Shown one piece after another: positions 14,111 to 28,170 of a stretch of DNA of 64,000 nucleotides. The stretch is from positions 63,612,001-63,676,000 of the forward strand of contig OX597815.1 of NCBI GenBank assembly GCA_951406725.2, read 5' to 3'. This DNA is from Octopus vulgaris (Eukaryota). The translations under genes were made by a program, and so were the position numbers. Position 1 is the first letter of the stretch. Each line of letters opens with the position of its first letter. The notes below the pieces were generated by a model. That model saw only the letters and a list, made by a program, of their open reading frames with translations, was not told the origin of the DNA and searched no databases.

Positions 14111-14218
14111 ATGTATGCATATATGTATATATGCATGTTTATATGTATGGATATATTTATCTATCTGTCCATCCATCTGTCTATCTACTGATCTGTTTAC
14201 GTATCAGTCCGTCGTCGT

Positions 14219-14301
<83 letters not shown>

Positions 14302-14390
14302 GTTTGTCTGTCTGCCTGTCTTTCTGTGTGCTTGTCTGTCTGTCTATCAGTTTGTCTGTCTGTCCACTGTTCTATCTATGCTTCTATCTA
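14030..14390. repeat. (TA)n, (TATC)n, (TGTC)n microsatellites
   Basis: Direct reading. Confidence 0.9.
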
Positions 14391-14798
14391 TTATGTCAAC
14401 CAATTTCACAGATAAGACTAGTTGCAACAACAGTGGCGGCCATATTGAACCAGTTTCAATATCTCATTTCCGCTCGCCTGCTATGAAATTCAGTGTGTAG
14501 AAGCGCATGAGAGTTGGGTGGGTGGCATAGACTTTGCTGTATGTATATTTTCAGTGTTGAAGAATAAGAATGAAACTTTAATTATACTCTAGAGATGGTG
14601 ATGGAGCCTGTATTTACGGCGAACATTTTGTAAATGGCAAGAACAGATCCGGATGAGAATTGATAGAGTACTGATAATGACGACGACTGTGGCGGCGGCG
14701 CCGACGGCGACGAAGACTATGGTGATGTTGATGATGGTGATGGTGGTGGTGTTGGTGGTAGTGGTGGTGGTGATTATAAAGATGATGATATTAATAAA

Positions 14799-14839
<41 letters not shown>

Positions 14840-14887
14840 CACCAATATAAATAAGAGTCATAATAACAATTGCAGTAACAATGACAT

Positions 14888-14926
<39 letters not shown>

Positions 14927-15030
14927 AATAATAATAATAATTATTATAATAACAATGATGGTAATGATAACAACTGTTGTTATTACCATCATCCCCATTT
15001 TATCATTATAAATAGTATTGTTGTTGTTGC

Positions 15031-15116
<86 letters not shown>

Positions 15117-15859
15117 ATAGTTGTAGTAGTGGTGATGGTGGTGGTGGTGTTGTGGTAGGAGGCGGAGAAGGAGGTGTATCATCTCGATTGCTGTAGAAAA
15201 TGTCGTCCATGTTGTTGTTGCTATTGTTGTCACAGCTGTTGCGGTCTATGCTACAAGATATGCAGATGTCGTTGTTATTGTTAACGTCACTGATATCTTT
15301 TTTTCTTTTTGGTTTTGCTGTTCTTAATTTCGTTGTTCCTTCTTTTGGTACAATTATTCCTGATGCAGTTCTTTGATATCTATTCTTTTTTGCTTCAGCC
15401 GCAGCCTATGAATATATTTCTACAGATTCTACCTCAGGTTATTTTTGTGGTGTTGTTTCTACATCTACATAGGTGTGGTTCTTGTCGCTGTTACAGGTGA
15501 ATAGGCATATACTACAACCTCAAGTTCATGCTTTCTTAATACCAAGAATAATAAAACACGATCCTTATTCCTGACACACTGCGTTTTTATATACATTTAA
15601 AAAAATTTCCTTTCACGAACCTCGCAGGTCTAACGGATTTTCTTGTTAGTTTACCAACAACCCAATAAACAACTGCTTTGAGGCTAGATAATCTTATCTT
15701 TTTCGTGACAATTAGAAACTTTATATATCTATGTGTATGTGTCTCTGTGTATGTATGTGTGTATGCGGAGACAGAGAGGTAATTGAAAGAATTCCGTCGT
15801 AATTATGTGTGTAAGTATGTATGTGCGTGTGTGTAGCTATATCTGTGTGCGTTTTTGTA

Positions 15860-16070
15860 TTTGTAATTGTCTCCCATCTCTATCGCTTGACAACCGGTGC
15901 TGGTGTGTTTATGTCTCCCGTAACACAGCGGTTCGGCAAAAGGGACCAATAGAATAAGTACCAGGCTTAAAAGAAAACAAATACTGAAGTCGATTCATTC
16001 GACTTAATGTTCTTCAAAGTAGTGCCCCAGCATGATCGCAGCTTAATTACTGAAACAAGTAAAAAGAAGA
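15860..16070 (+). mobile_element. SINE family 2, 3' half
   Basis: ATCGCTTGACAACCGGTGCTGGTG...GCGGTTCGGCAAAA...GAAACAAGTAAAA matches the complete copy at 40660-41085. Confidence 0.8.
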
Positions 16071-16329
16071 GTGAAAAAAACACATGCAATTATATATAAA
16101 GATATACGTGTATTTATGTTTATTGCATGACTAAATCTCTTTAAACAATTGAAACCGGTATCAGATCTTTTTTAACATTCCCCAAAACATACACAGATGC
16201 GAAGCACATGCGCATACACATACATACACATATATGCACATATACATATAAATATATAGCTGTATGTATATCTTGCTTAATAGGTGAATTACATCATAAG
16301 TAGAAGAATATTTCGCAGGTACTTTAACT

Positions 16330-17330
16330 TGATCTTCCGATAAAATCATAAGAGATGCTGTGTGTGGTAGTTTAAATCCCAGACGTAATCTATTGAACGA
16401 ATTTCTACATTGCCCTACAATGCATGGTTCCTTCTGCCTCTCAACAATTTTTATATCTAACTTCCGATCCATTCGTCTTTGGATTTTTAAAACGTCTCAC
16501 GAATCCAACAAGATTATCCACAATCTTTCCAACAACATCTTTGACCAGGTTTTTGAATTCAGCACCAGGAGACCCGCTAATCTCTCTCTATATAAACGGC
16601 AGTTTGTCTGTGCGTGTTTCTGTGTGTCTGTTTTCTTGTACCCTCACCCTGACCACGGCTTTCAACCGATTCTGATGAAACTTGATACACACATAGCCCA
16701 ATGTCATAATTCAAAACTAACGCAGCGAAAATTTTGAAAAGTTCCCCCAGTTCTGAAAAAAATCGATAAATTTGACATGGGGTCGAGAATCAGAAACACA
16801 AACCGCAAACTGTCTAGGGGACGCAACTCCACCTTTTTTAACTAAAAACAAAATTTACCATCATTTTTTTCCATCTTTTTGCTATTTTTTGGCTATAACT
16901 CTCTAAAAATGCTTTATAGTTATTTCCCTTACAAACCTGAGCAACGCCGGGCGATACTGCTAGTCAAATATAAAATACAGCACAGCAACGTTTAAATTGC
17001 TGAACTGTTCTTTTTTATTTCCGTTAGGAAATAATTTTTCACATTAAAAATTGCAGAAGCTTGGAATAAACTACCTGCATCTGTGGTTAACAACAGATGC
17101 GGGTAGCTTATTCTATGCTTCCTGAAATTTACCTACACTGCCTTACCTATGCGCCTATTCCGCTTTACTTTCCTATCTTTTTATGTTTTAGTCTATGTAT
17201 TGTGTATGTACTTTCTAGCATTCATTGCTGTCTTCCTTTCTTTGACTTATTTGTCTGCTCTCTCCCGTCATTTAAACTTTTCTGAGGAGTTGTAGAGAAC
17301 CTGAGTACTTTATAAAATAGGCTCATTAAT
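16330..17330 (+). mobile_element. CR1-like LINE 3' end, interrupted by a Helitron
   Basis: KIIHNLSNN...STR on the left, FFTLKIAEAWNKLPASVV on the right. Confidence 0.7.
16581..16963 (+). mobile_element. Non-autonomous Helitron
   Basis: 5' TC, 3' CTAG, subterminal hairpin CCTGAGCAACGCCGGG (16936-16951), inserted between A and T, no TSD. Confidence 0.85.
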
Positions 17331-17591
17331 ATTATTACTCTTTCGTTTCCTAGAGCTTGCCTCACAAATTTCATGTAACATTTATAGTCTTTTATTGTGC
17401 ATACAAAACCGAATTTCTTTCATATAGTTTGAATGGTCAGAAAGGTTACGGTAGGGGACATTTTCCAAGGTGCCGCGGATTAAGATTAAACTTGGCATTC
17501 ATGATTACCAAGTAAACTTTTTAACTCACTCAACCACACCTGGTTGAGGAAGTATAGACACCACACAGTCAGAGATTACATTTGAACAATA

Positions 17592-17638
<47 letters not shown>

Positions 17639-18192
17639 GAAAGTGGGAGAACGAGAGAGAGAAAGAGATTATAGATTCTAATCGTGTTTACAATAGAAAA
17701 AAATAAATGGAAATATATCCTTTGTATGGTGTGTTTGGCATGTAAAATTGAATTTCACGTTTTCATTTTGGTCTCTTATCAAGGGCTTTATGGCATATTT
17801 TTCAACTCAACATCTTTCTTCTTGTTTCCAATATTTCTTCTTGTTTCCAAACGCTGGATTATATTGTTTCTGTATTGCACATATGGATATAAAATGCTAT
17901 TTTATTTCGGTTTTCTTTTTCATGTTAACAGTGACACCTTAATAAAATACCTTAGACAGAAAGTACCTTTCTAAGAATGTGAGTTGTTTCAGAGAGGGCA
18001 GATTTTGAAACATCTCCATATCACTAGCCTTAGTCGGTTAAATCAACTTCACTATTTAAAGACTGTACTAAGTTACGAAGATGTAAACAAACCAGCACCA
18101 GTTGTCAAAACAAGCATACATGCGTACATACATACACACTATACATACATACATAAAAAATGAGTAAATATTCAAATGAATATTCACATAGA

Positions 18193-18268
<76 letters not shown>

Positions 18269-18728
18269 GAGTCAGAGATGAGTGCATGCCAACAAAGTGA
18301 CACTGGGGCAAAACGTACGAAACCCAGTATACCCATCATGACTACCTGTTTGATAAGGGTACACTAGGCACATGCATCACGACCATATGTGCGTGACATG
18401 GTGAACTCATATCAAGATTAACAGCGCATGACCTTGCAGGTGGGGCCCAATTAGAATTTTCTTCAGGTCAAGTAGCCCATCCCACTCAAAAGGTCCCTGA
18501 ATAAGGATTGTTAAAGGATGTTGAACGAAACACTCATGTTTCCGAAAGTGAATTATCCAAACCCCAAAGAAATCCTCTCAACACATGGCTATGATGCTCC
18601 CCCATACTTCTGCTCGTGATCAGAGATGCACATATCGTCAGCCACTAAGGGACAAGGTCAACTGGTTAAGATCAAATAACTGACAAGCAAATCTGTGGTA
18701 TTGAGCAGAATATTTGCTGTAGCCCATC

Positions 18729-18730
<2 letters not shown>
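18269..18730 (-). mobile_element. ~545-bp non-coding (AAT)n-associated element, copy 2 (5' truncated)
   Basis: Colinear with 57132-57593; (ATT)n on both sides. Confidence 0.88.
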
Positions 18731-18789
<59 letters not shown>

Positions 18790-18959
18790 CAGTAGTAAAT
18801 ATAAATAATTGATAATAACAACAACAACAATAATATTAGTGGCCAGCAAGGATTATAGAATTAAATTACTATTCAATAAAAATATAAATCTAATGGAAGA
18901 TACACGAAGTACCAGCTCGCAATATATTAGAGATAAAAACCTCAAATAAGCCATCAATC

Positions 18960-20400
18960 ACACGGAAAAACATGTTATGCACTGAAATTGTTTTGAATTT
19001 GGCGCGGAACTATTCTACGCGTAACGGAAAGCAGCGAGTCAATCTTCGCTACAGACACGGCCGATAACCAGATCCGTCCTACACGAGGCAATAACTGTTC
19101 GACATAACTCCACATGTTATAATGCATGGACACTGGGCGAGCGTGTGCAGAACGGTTTCGTTGCTCTGCGTGCATCTCGAGCAGGTCTGTCTGACAGCAT
19201 TTCCAACCGGCAGTGACCCTCGGTAGCAATGCCAAGCGAGGGATTTCTGGAAGTTATCTATCATCCCAGGCTTCGTCTATATCCAGAGTCTCTCCGAGTA
19301 CGTCATCGCACTTTTCCACCACTAACTCTATATAAAATTGAAGAGTGGATAGTGACTCACTATCCACTCTGGCAACATTCCAGATGCCGCTCACCCTGTC
19401 TGGGTCTCTTCTAGACCCAGGACTGCAATTCAGTTAAGGAGACGAGCTGGGGAAAGTCCTGTTTGACAAACGGCGACCACACCTGTTCTCTGTTTAGGCA
19501 AATTATCCGGAGATGCTGCTGCCTCAGAGCATGCCTATGCATCATGTAGAGGGTGCTGGTTGCAAATGGACCGCCGTACCAACGGAACCTGTCCCTTCCC
19601 CAAGAATTTGAAGAGGAGATACTCCAACTTGGTGAGGTGCGAACCATCCCGATGATGTCGTCCCGATAAGCCCTTCCGCGTCCCGTTCAAGCCTGATGCC
19701 CCTGCAGCAGCTCCAGCTTCCACGGTAAAGGCTCAAGTGTTAATACGTACAGAAGGGAGGAGAGAGGGCACCCTTGACAGACCGATCGGGAGAACTGAAA
19801 CGGTTCCGAGGGTGGCCATTAACCACCGAGCAGATGCCACTGTGCATTGCAGCGATCCAACCTCTGAAGACGGGGCCAAAACCAACTGCCTTGAGGACAG
19901 CCTCCAGGTACCGATGGTCGACCCTATCGAATGCTTTCGATTGATCAAAATTGATCAGAGCCCCACCGAAGCCATGTTTACACTCTACCCATTTTATGAT
20001 GTGTCGCATGAGGTGGAAGTTGTCGTGTATGGACTTGGTCGGGATTGCGCAGGTTTGCGCCTCCCCAACCAAATCTTCGACGACAAGCGCCAAGCTCTTC
20101 CCAAACACCTTGGCCGAAATCATAAACTATGTGTTGACCAGAGTTATGGGCCTGAAATTATCTAATGTGTTCCTCTTGATTTCGTCTTTTTTATCAGCGT
20201 CACTATGTCCCGAGGTACAGAACTGGGAATATTCCCCTTCTGTTGCCAGTTGCAGTAGAGCGCTTCGAGATCGGAGAACAAGTCTGGTATATTTAGTTAA
20301 AGCTCGTAGGGTAGACCATCCAAACCGGGTGACTTGCACCTCGTGCAGTCGACAGGGGCATCCTGAATTTCGGTTGAAGCTTAGCCCAGAATTCGAAATC
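18960..20400 (-). mobile_element. Tx1/L1-clade LINE ORF2 relic (RT plus C-terminal zinc knuckle)
   Basis: NFRPITL, QTCAIP, DQSKAFDRVDHRYL, CSRC...ETVLHTLAQCP; frameshifted. Confidence 0.9.
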
Positions 20401-20599
20401 ATGATACAGGTATATCAATTACCTTGTTTTACAGCTTTAAGCTGAGTTTCTTAAACTTTTGCTCATTTGTCCGATTTCTGCTGGTCTCTTCTGTTTTTCA
20501 GTGTGATTGGTGGCTTATTTGAGGTTTTTAACTCTTATATCTAACATGGTGGTTCTTCGTGTACCCTCTATCATAATAGAGTTAGCGGTTGTAGTAACC

Positions 20600-21294
20600 G
20601 ACTAAGGGATAAAATATCCGTATATACTATCAGTATCCGTTACCTGTATCAACCCCGAGCAATGGTTTGCAGGGACACCATATACATCAAGCGCAGGTAA
20701 CAACAGGATAAACAAAAGTTAATCAGGAACCAATGCAAATAATTAGAAAATGGAGAAAAACATAGATTAACCAGCACATCGATAGGACTACATTTTAAAG
20801 CGTATTTATTTATACAATGCAAGTCAATACAAATCTAACAGCTGTTTCTGATCAAAATACCAGAATGCAGTCTACACATAAATGCGAGAATAAAATTCTT
20901 CATCTTCATAGGGCATTCAAATTAAGGCAACAGATCTTCATCAGTGAAAAACAAGAGCATACAATATAAACAAAAGGAAGAAGGAAAAGGAAAGAAAACA
21001 TGGCATAGACAAACAGTCTAGAAGCCCAATATGTTAATTTACCATTAGAGCTCAAAGAGCGTAGATGAGAGAGTGAGCTATTAAAGGACTAGAGAATACT
21101 ACAAATTATTAACAAGAGGGTGCAGTTAGGGGGCGAGGTCAGGATGTTAAGAAAATAATTTATCAAGAAGCTCTATGTAAAGAAAACAAAATATTAACAT
21201 AAATATCTAAGATCAAACCTATGTTAACGGAGAAAACTTAAATAAAGGTAAACGAATTAACGTAGGTTACTAAAGTAAAACTTTATTCACAGGA

Positions 21295-21300
<6 letters not shown>
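20600..21300 (-). mobile_element. Probable Penelope-type pLTR remnant with degenerate hammerhead
   Basis: CTGATGA-AGATC...GATCA-GAAA-CAGCTG-TTA at 20832-20950; ends at (TA)n. Confidence 0.5.
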
Positions 21301-21331
<31 letters not shown>

Positions 21332-21357
21332 ACACATACTAGCTTGGCAAATTAACG

Positions 21358-21960
21358 GTACAGTCATAGTTCGATTGCCTTTCATTGTACATTTTAATCA
21401 GAGAATAGTAGCCCTGATACTAAACTGGTAATGACATAATGTAGTCATATATGATAGGCTGAAGTTGTGTGAGAAGTAACGTTTGTTGGAACTTTGAAAG
21501 TAGAACTAATCTGGTTTCAAATGAAGTCAAACTGTCGCAAGAGAGTGATAGAAACCAATACTAAATTCTTTCTGTATATTCTGAGTCATAGTCGAAGAGC
21601 AAATTGATTTAGAATTCAACGTACATCTTCAGGAAGATAAATTTTCTGAAAGATAGTATAATCTTGTTACTATGGATGCCAGAAGATTGCAAGATCAAGG
21701 TGGAATGAGAAAACTGCGAGATTTCGCGGCAATACAAGGCAGTAAAATTCTTCGGAATGATGAAGAATTTCTTTAAACTATTACCAAAATCTTGAGGTGA
21801 ATTCCACTGCCGATGCTTGAAATTAAGCACGAGGAGAAATATTGGAAGCTCTTTGAATCTGGACTTTCCAAAGATCAAGTGACCATTGCAACATTGACCG
21901 AGAGACATCGTACAGTGCTAACAAGATGGCAGGGAAACATTGGATTAGTATAAAAAGAAT
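21358..21960 (+). mobile_element. Possible very old Tc1-like relic
   Basis: TA|CAGT start and only faint transposase-like remnants. Confidence 0.25.
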
Positions 21961-22071
21961 CATGTAAAATTGCTGGTTCCATTGACAACAGAGAGAAAGA
22001 GAGAGAGAGAGAGAGAGAGCTCTTTAACATATATGTATGATGTGATGATCATGGCTGGATTCCTTTGGTAA

Positions 22072-24673
22072 CACTGGGGAACATTTTTGAGAAAATACTT
22101 TGCTGCCTTGCATTTTATAGTTAGTCCTACCTAATTTGATGAGGCTTAGTTCAGAAAGGCCCTCAAAAATGTTCTATCACTTTAATTTTTTTTTTTTTTT
22201 GTTAAACTGCAATTCATCTTTTACCTACAAAGGTCAATTTAATCATTAAATGGAATAAAAAACTATCATAAATCAAGCAGTACTTTTTATTGTTTAACAA
22301 ATATATTTCACAAAACTTTAGGATAGATATTTCTGTCAAGCTGGAGTTTCAGCTACTCAAGGAATGAAATTTCTCTTTGTCGCTTTGTATGAATAACTTG
22401 CGTTCCACCTGCCTTGATATCAGGTCCCCTTGGCTTTGGTGTCTTGGTGGAATCTTCCTCTTTACTCATCACTCATTACACCAAGACTTTCAGCGAAGCA
22501 GTCCAGATGATTGTGCCGGAAATGCACATGTTGCAGTCCAATACTGGAAACAGGGTCTGCAAAAGTTCTTCATGATTTGATGACTTCCTGTTTCCCAGGA
22601 AATCAGACAAATCACCGAAAAGTATTCCACGCTTCTTTTTCAATGCCAAACATTGTCTCCCAAAACTGTTCATCCTACAATAGCGACCTAATTTGTGGCC
22701 TGTCAAACACATCAAGCTTAATTTTCTCACCACATAAAGCTGGAAACATTGCAATCCTTGTCCAAGGCTTTCACAAACTACCTAGTCAGCCCAACTTGAT
22801 AAGTGAAGGGGGAAGCAAGACCTTCCTGTGATTAGCCAACGACCTGTTTAAAACATTCTACTTCCCAATCTTGACTTCCTTTCTGTTTGGCTATGTCTTT
22901 CGTATCCATTGATCACTTATGGTTCGACTGCAGACTGAAAAGGCAAAGATGCTTGGTAAAACCATCTTGTAAACCAAGAGGCAGTCCACATACAGTCTGG
23001 TTGTACTCCTCATACCTCATCGTTTAGAGAAGTATTTTCATACAGCCATAGTTTTCCTGTAATGTTACAGAATGTTCAATCAATATAGAAGTAAACTCAT
23101 TGCCATTATGCAGCAGTGGACATTTAAGACTAGTTTTTGAGCTGTCTACGAAAAGCCTCCTGTCTTTTGGAATGTGTTCACAAACTATTGCGGCCAAGAA
23201 GCATTTAACATCATTGTAATAAACAAAATCATCATGCATGCTAAAGACTAGAAGTAAATAATTCTCTCGATGCCGATGAAAGGCGGACTAGATTCACGAT
23301 GCAAGCAGATTCTTTTATTTTAAACGTGATCTAAGCAGTTGTGTAGCTTTCTCTGATAAACCTGAATCCTTAGCTAAATCATTTAACTCTGCCTGTTTTG
23401 AAAAGTTTGGCCAGAGCCTTCTCACCCTCATAGTTCTCGCCTTCTATGTTATCATACTCTATCTCTTCATTCTCATCATCACAATCACCAACAAAGGACA
23501 TCAAGTCTCGTGACAGCAAATGATCCAAGTATGGTGCAGGTCGAATAGCAGATGCCGGATTTGAATAAATGATGTGATACTTAGTCTTAGAACTGAAGCC
23601 TGATATATCAATTATGCAAAAGTAACAGTCGTCATGATGATTTTGTGCTTCCCTCTACATCATAGGAATGCAAAAGCTTGGGTGATTTCTTTGGCTTTTT
23701 GTCTACTGTCTCAGTGTTTCAACACATGTATTACGCACGAAATGAGGTGCGCAGGCTTTGACTTGATCACCGAGTTTCATTCTAAACTAAGTAAAGTAAG
23801 CGTTATTCACACAAACAAAGTTTTTTCTTTCGCTGCCTATGTAAAGTACAACATCCGCAAATATAGCAGAAGGCACCGGAACTGTTTTTGACATTTTCTC
23901 CTCTCACAACTGGCCATATTTCGGGAATACAAAACATATATTCAAGACTGTTGTCACCTGGAAAAAGCATTCTTAGAATTGTCAGTAATAATAAAGTAAG
24001 CAAATACAGGTTTGTGATGGCTAAGTTCTATAAAGAGCATGCATCCCATGAAGCTTTTTACTGCAGTTCTTTGACCATACTTGATTAAAGGTGACTTTGA
24101 CCCATGTAGCCTTACAGTTAGAACATTAAAAATGCATAAAAAATAACAGTTTTCATACGAAATAGTTAAAGGTGCAACAAAACATGTCTCATCTGGTTTG
24201 CAATGATAGATACACTAAATTAAGCGCAGCGTTGGCAACAAATATGAGACATATATAATTTCAAGGACCACAGAAATGAGTTGTTTAGTAACATCAAATT
24301 GTATAATGGACAGTACTGTCATAATCTTGACATTTGAAATCGGTGAAATTGAAAATAGTGTAAGTTGCTCGTGTTTGAAGTTTTCTAAAGATATTTAAAA
24401 CATGACTTTTGTTTTTACTTTTGTAGTTCCATTTACTTTAAATGAAATTGAAAAACTGTTTCCAAAGTTATGTCAAGCTCCATTCACAGGTCTGCATTTG
24501 AGGAAGGCAAATCTGTCTTTAGAAATGATGAAAATACCGGAAATGAACGTTTGAGTTTGTTAAAAATCTTGATGTGATAGAGCAAAATGGATTACATTTT
24601 TGAAATCAGCAAACCAAAATTACTAGGAAACATGTCTCCAACACCCTGACAGCCAGAACCATGTTCCCTAGTG
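22072..24673 (-). mobile_element. Chapaev3-type (CMC) DNA transposon, near full length, transposase pseudogenised
   Basis: TIRs CACTGGGGAACAT / CACTAGGGAACAT with TAA on both sides; FCYICG, DDCYFC, RLFVDSSKTSLK..LLHNGN, FLGNRKSSNH..L.CNM motifs. Confidence 0.88.
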
Positions 24674-26269
24674 TAATAGATTTGTTCGATCAGGGATGAC
24701 TTGAAGCTAAATAAAAAAATCCTATTAAAGTAAGAACATCCTTTACAGCGATGGACGGTGTTGGGTAAATCTCTTGTTCTTATTGAGCGACTCCCTGCAG
24801 TGCCGGGACTGATGAGGAAGAAAACAAACAAGACAAAGGGAACATTAAAAAGTCGACAACCACAAATATCACCCACATCAATGTTAGTTGTCACGAAAAG
24901 GACTTCAATTGCTTCATCCATAAATGAGAGCACCAACAGCAAACAGAAAAATGGCCGGTTGGGTGCACCTCTTTATTCTGAGCTCGAATCCCTGTTAGGC
25001 TGATAAAATGCTCCCATGTCACACTCTTTGACTTTATCCTCCCTGGGATGACATGCAGTGAGATTGAAGAGAGTACATCCTTGTTAGTTTCTCAGTTTTT
25101 CTAAGAGATAACTTAAACGAAATCAGACCTCGAATAACTGACTTTCTATGAAAAAAAGGAATTTCAGTTAAGTTTTTATACGACATAGCTATGGCTACTT
25201 TATCTCCAATACTGTGGAATCGCGAGTATATTGCTATCGAATAGCAACCATTTGTGTTGTAGGATTCCTACCTTGCTGCTTCTGTGTTCATCCATGTCCA
25301 TGACAAAACTTGAATATCAATTCATCTAGTCTACGTTATCAGCCAACAGGTAATAACAAACTAGTCGTTATTATTGGCTGGGATGATTCACTGCATCAAA
25401 CACGGCTTAATGATTCACAAATACATCGTTTCGTTGTTCACTGATTTCGGTTTCTCTTGTTGTCTTGGACTATTGCGTTCCTATTTCCAATCCTGTCTCA
25501 GATCAAATAAAAAACCGGGAAGTGGACTATTTCTTGAAACAATAATGATACAATAATACCTCGAAATCGAGGTGGTAGTCTACTCTAGTAAATCTATTTC
25601 GTTGTGGTTTCTATTTCCGTGCAAACCTTATCCTTTAACTAGCGTCCCGTACATTTTTCTGTGAGTACAATTGTTGACTCATATTTTACTATGAATTTTT
25701 CCATATTCTTTGGAATCTCTCAGATACTTTACTCAATATTACAATGCCTTAAACCTTGTGTTATCCCCACTTTATGACCAGAAAATATCTTGGGTCTCTT
25801 TAGGTAATTATAATGTTCGATTCTCAGAAACTGGAATAGTAAGGCTGTTAAATTCTGTTTATTTTTACAATAAAGAACTTTTTTTAAACTAAATTCTTTT
25901 GTTTGTATATTTTTGTTTTGTTTTCGTTATTTTGTTTGTTCTTAATAAAATCTGGAATATTTAGGGTTGGAATCTTTTACTTATTTATCAAAATATTATG
26001 GAAATATTTTATATCTTCAAAACATTTTAAGAAAAATAGAATCTCTTTCCTTCACATTCTCCCTCTTTCATTCTCTCTTTTACTTTCTCCCTCCCCCCTC
26101 TCTCTCCTTTTCTTTTTAAAACATTTGATATTTCTTAGTGTTTGGCGGTCCTTAATGTCTCACCAGTTTTCAATGGCATAACATCAATTATGAAATAGTT
26201 CCGTCAGACGACTAGACGTGTCTTACCAAAAATTCTAATAATTTCAGCGGGAAGAGAAACTATCCACGC

Positions 26270-26592
26270 GCGCGCGCGCACACACACACACACACATACA
26301 CACGCATACACACTCGCATAAACACACAAAAGAAGACATAACAACTAAACCCTCTCACGAATATAACAAAATATAAACGATTTAATTATACATATACACA
26401 TATATATACATACACACACACATACATATATACATACATACATGCATACATCTATATGGATGTATATATATATGTGTGTGTGTGCAAGTGTGTGTATATG
26501 CATACATATATATGTATATATAATATATACACATATTTACATAAACGTACATATATTTATACGTATGTATATCATATGTATTTATATATGTA

Positions 26593-26643
<51 letters not shown>

Positions 26644-27072
26644 GTGTGTGTGTGTGCGTGCGTATGTATGTATGTACATGATGGGTTTGGAAAGAAAACT
26701 CTGCTCCAAGGCTCCATGGCTAATTAATGATTCTTTATTCAAATCATGTAAGAATCGCGACGCAAAAGGATTTCCATTCCGTCTTTCTTCAGGATTTCAA
26801 GTTTGAAGATTACAAAAGCTTTCGCTCATTTCTTTCTTTTCTGCTCTTCTCTCCCTCCCACCACCAACCACCGCCGCGCTCTCTCGTTCATCCTTCCTCT
26901 CTCTCACTCCCTGCCTCTCTTTCTCCGTCTTCTCCCCCCCTTTCCCTCTCTCTTGTCCGTGTCAGAACCAAATTTAAAATTTTCAGCACAGCTCAATAAT
27001 GGACGCCTGTTTGCCACATGGGTTGAAGTATGTGCTAGAGTAAATCCAGTAATAACAACAACAGTAATAATG

Positions 27073-27160
<88 letters not shown>

Positions 27161-27510
27161 TAATAATAATAACGGCTCCATTATAAGAATAATAATGATA
27201 TTAACGATGATGATGTATTCTATCAGAGGCTGCGAAAAACGTTAGTTAAAAATATGACTTTTTTCTAGTTTGGAGTATTAGATAGATATGAAAATAAACA
27301 CAAGCGCACAGACAAGCAGACAGATAGATAGACTGGCAGGCAGGCTGTCAGGTAGGCGGTCGCCGGTCGGTCGGTCGGTCGGTAGGTCGGTAGGTAGGAA
27401 GATAGGTAGGTAGGTAGGTAGGTAGTTAGGTAAGTATGTATGTATGTATGTATGTATGTATGTATGTATGTATGTAGGTAGGTAGGTAGGTAGGTAGGTA
27501 GGTAGGTGTA
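26270..27510. repeat. (CA)n/(TA)n/(GT)n, (AAT)n and (TAGG)/(TATG)n clusters with unique spacers
   Basis: Direct reading. Confidence 0.85.
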
Positions 27511-27626
27511 TACAAGGAGAGACAGACAAAGACAAAGAAGGTCAGAAATTAGAAGGAAGAGAATAGTATGGCCAATGAATGAGATGATGGAATATTGAAC
27601 GTTGAAGGGATTACACACACCTAAAA

Positions 27627-28042
27627 GGCGGCGAGCTGGCAGAAACGCTAAGCACGCCGGGCGAAATGCGTAGCCGTATTTCGTCTGTCGTTACGTTCTG
27701 AGTTCAAATTCCGCCGAGGTCGACTTTGCCTTTCATCCTTTCGGGGTCGATAAATTAAGTACCAGTTACGCACTGGGATCGATATAATCGACTTAATACC
27801 TATGTCAGTCCTTGTTTGTCCCCTCTATGTTTAGCCCCTTGTGGGTAATAAAGAAATAGGTATTTCGTCTGCCGCTACGTTCTGAGTTCATATTCCGCCC
27901 AGGTCGACTTCACCTTTCATCCTTTCGGGGTCGATTAAATAAGTACCAGTTACGCACTGGGGTCGATATAATCGACTTAATCCGTATGTCTGTCCTTGTT
28001 TGTCCCCTCTGTGTGTAGCCCCTTGTGGGCAGTAAAGAAATA
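27627..28042 (+). mobile_element. Head-to-tail dimer of SINE family 1 (tail type a)
   Basis: Full copy 27627-27858 plus A-box-less copy 27859-28042; 20-bp flanking duplication with 1 mismatch. Confidence 0.92.
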
Positions 28043-28119
28043 TGAAGGCATTACACACACCTTCACACAGACACGCAGACACGAACACACACACACAAAC
28101 ACACTCACAAACACACACA

Positions 28120-28170
<51 letters not shown>

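Noticed and set aside
27627-27715. tRNA gene (also 62047-62125 and 41000-41085)
   Set aside because: A/B boxes run directly into multicopy SINE bodies; no clean cloverleaf seen.
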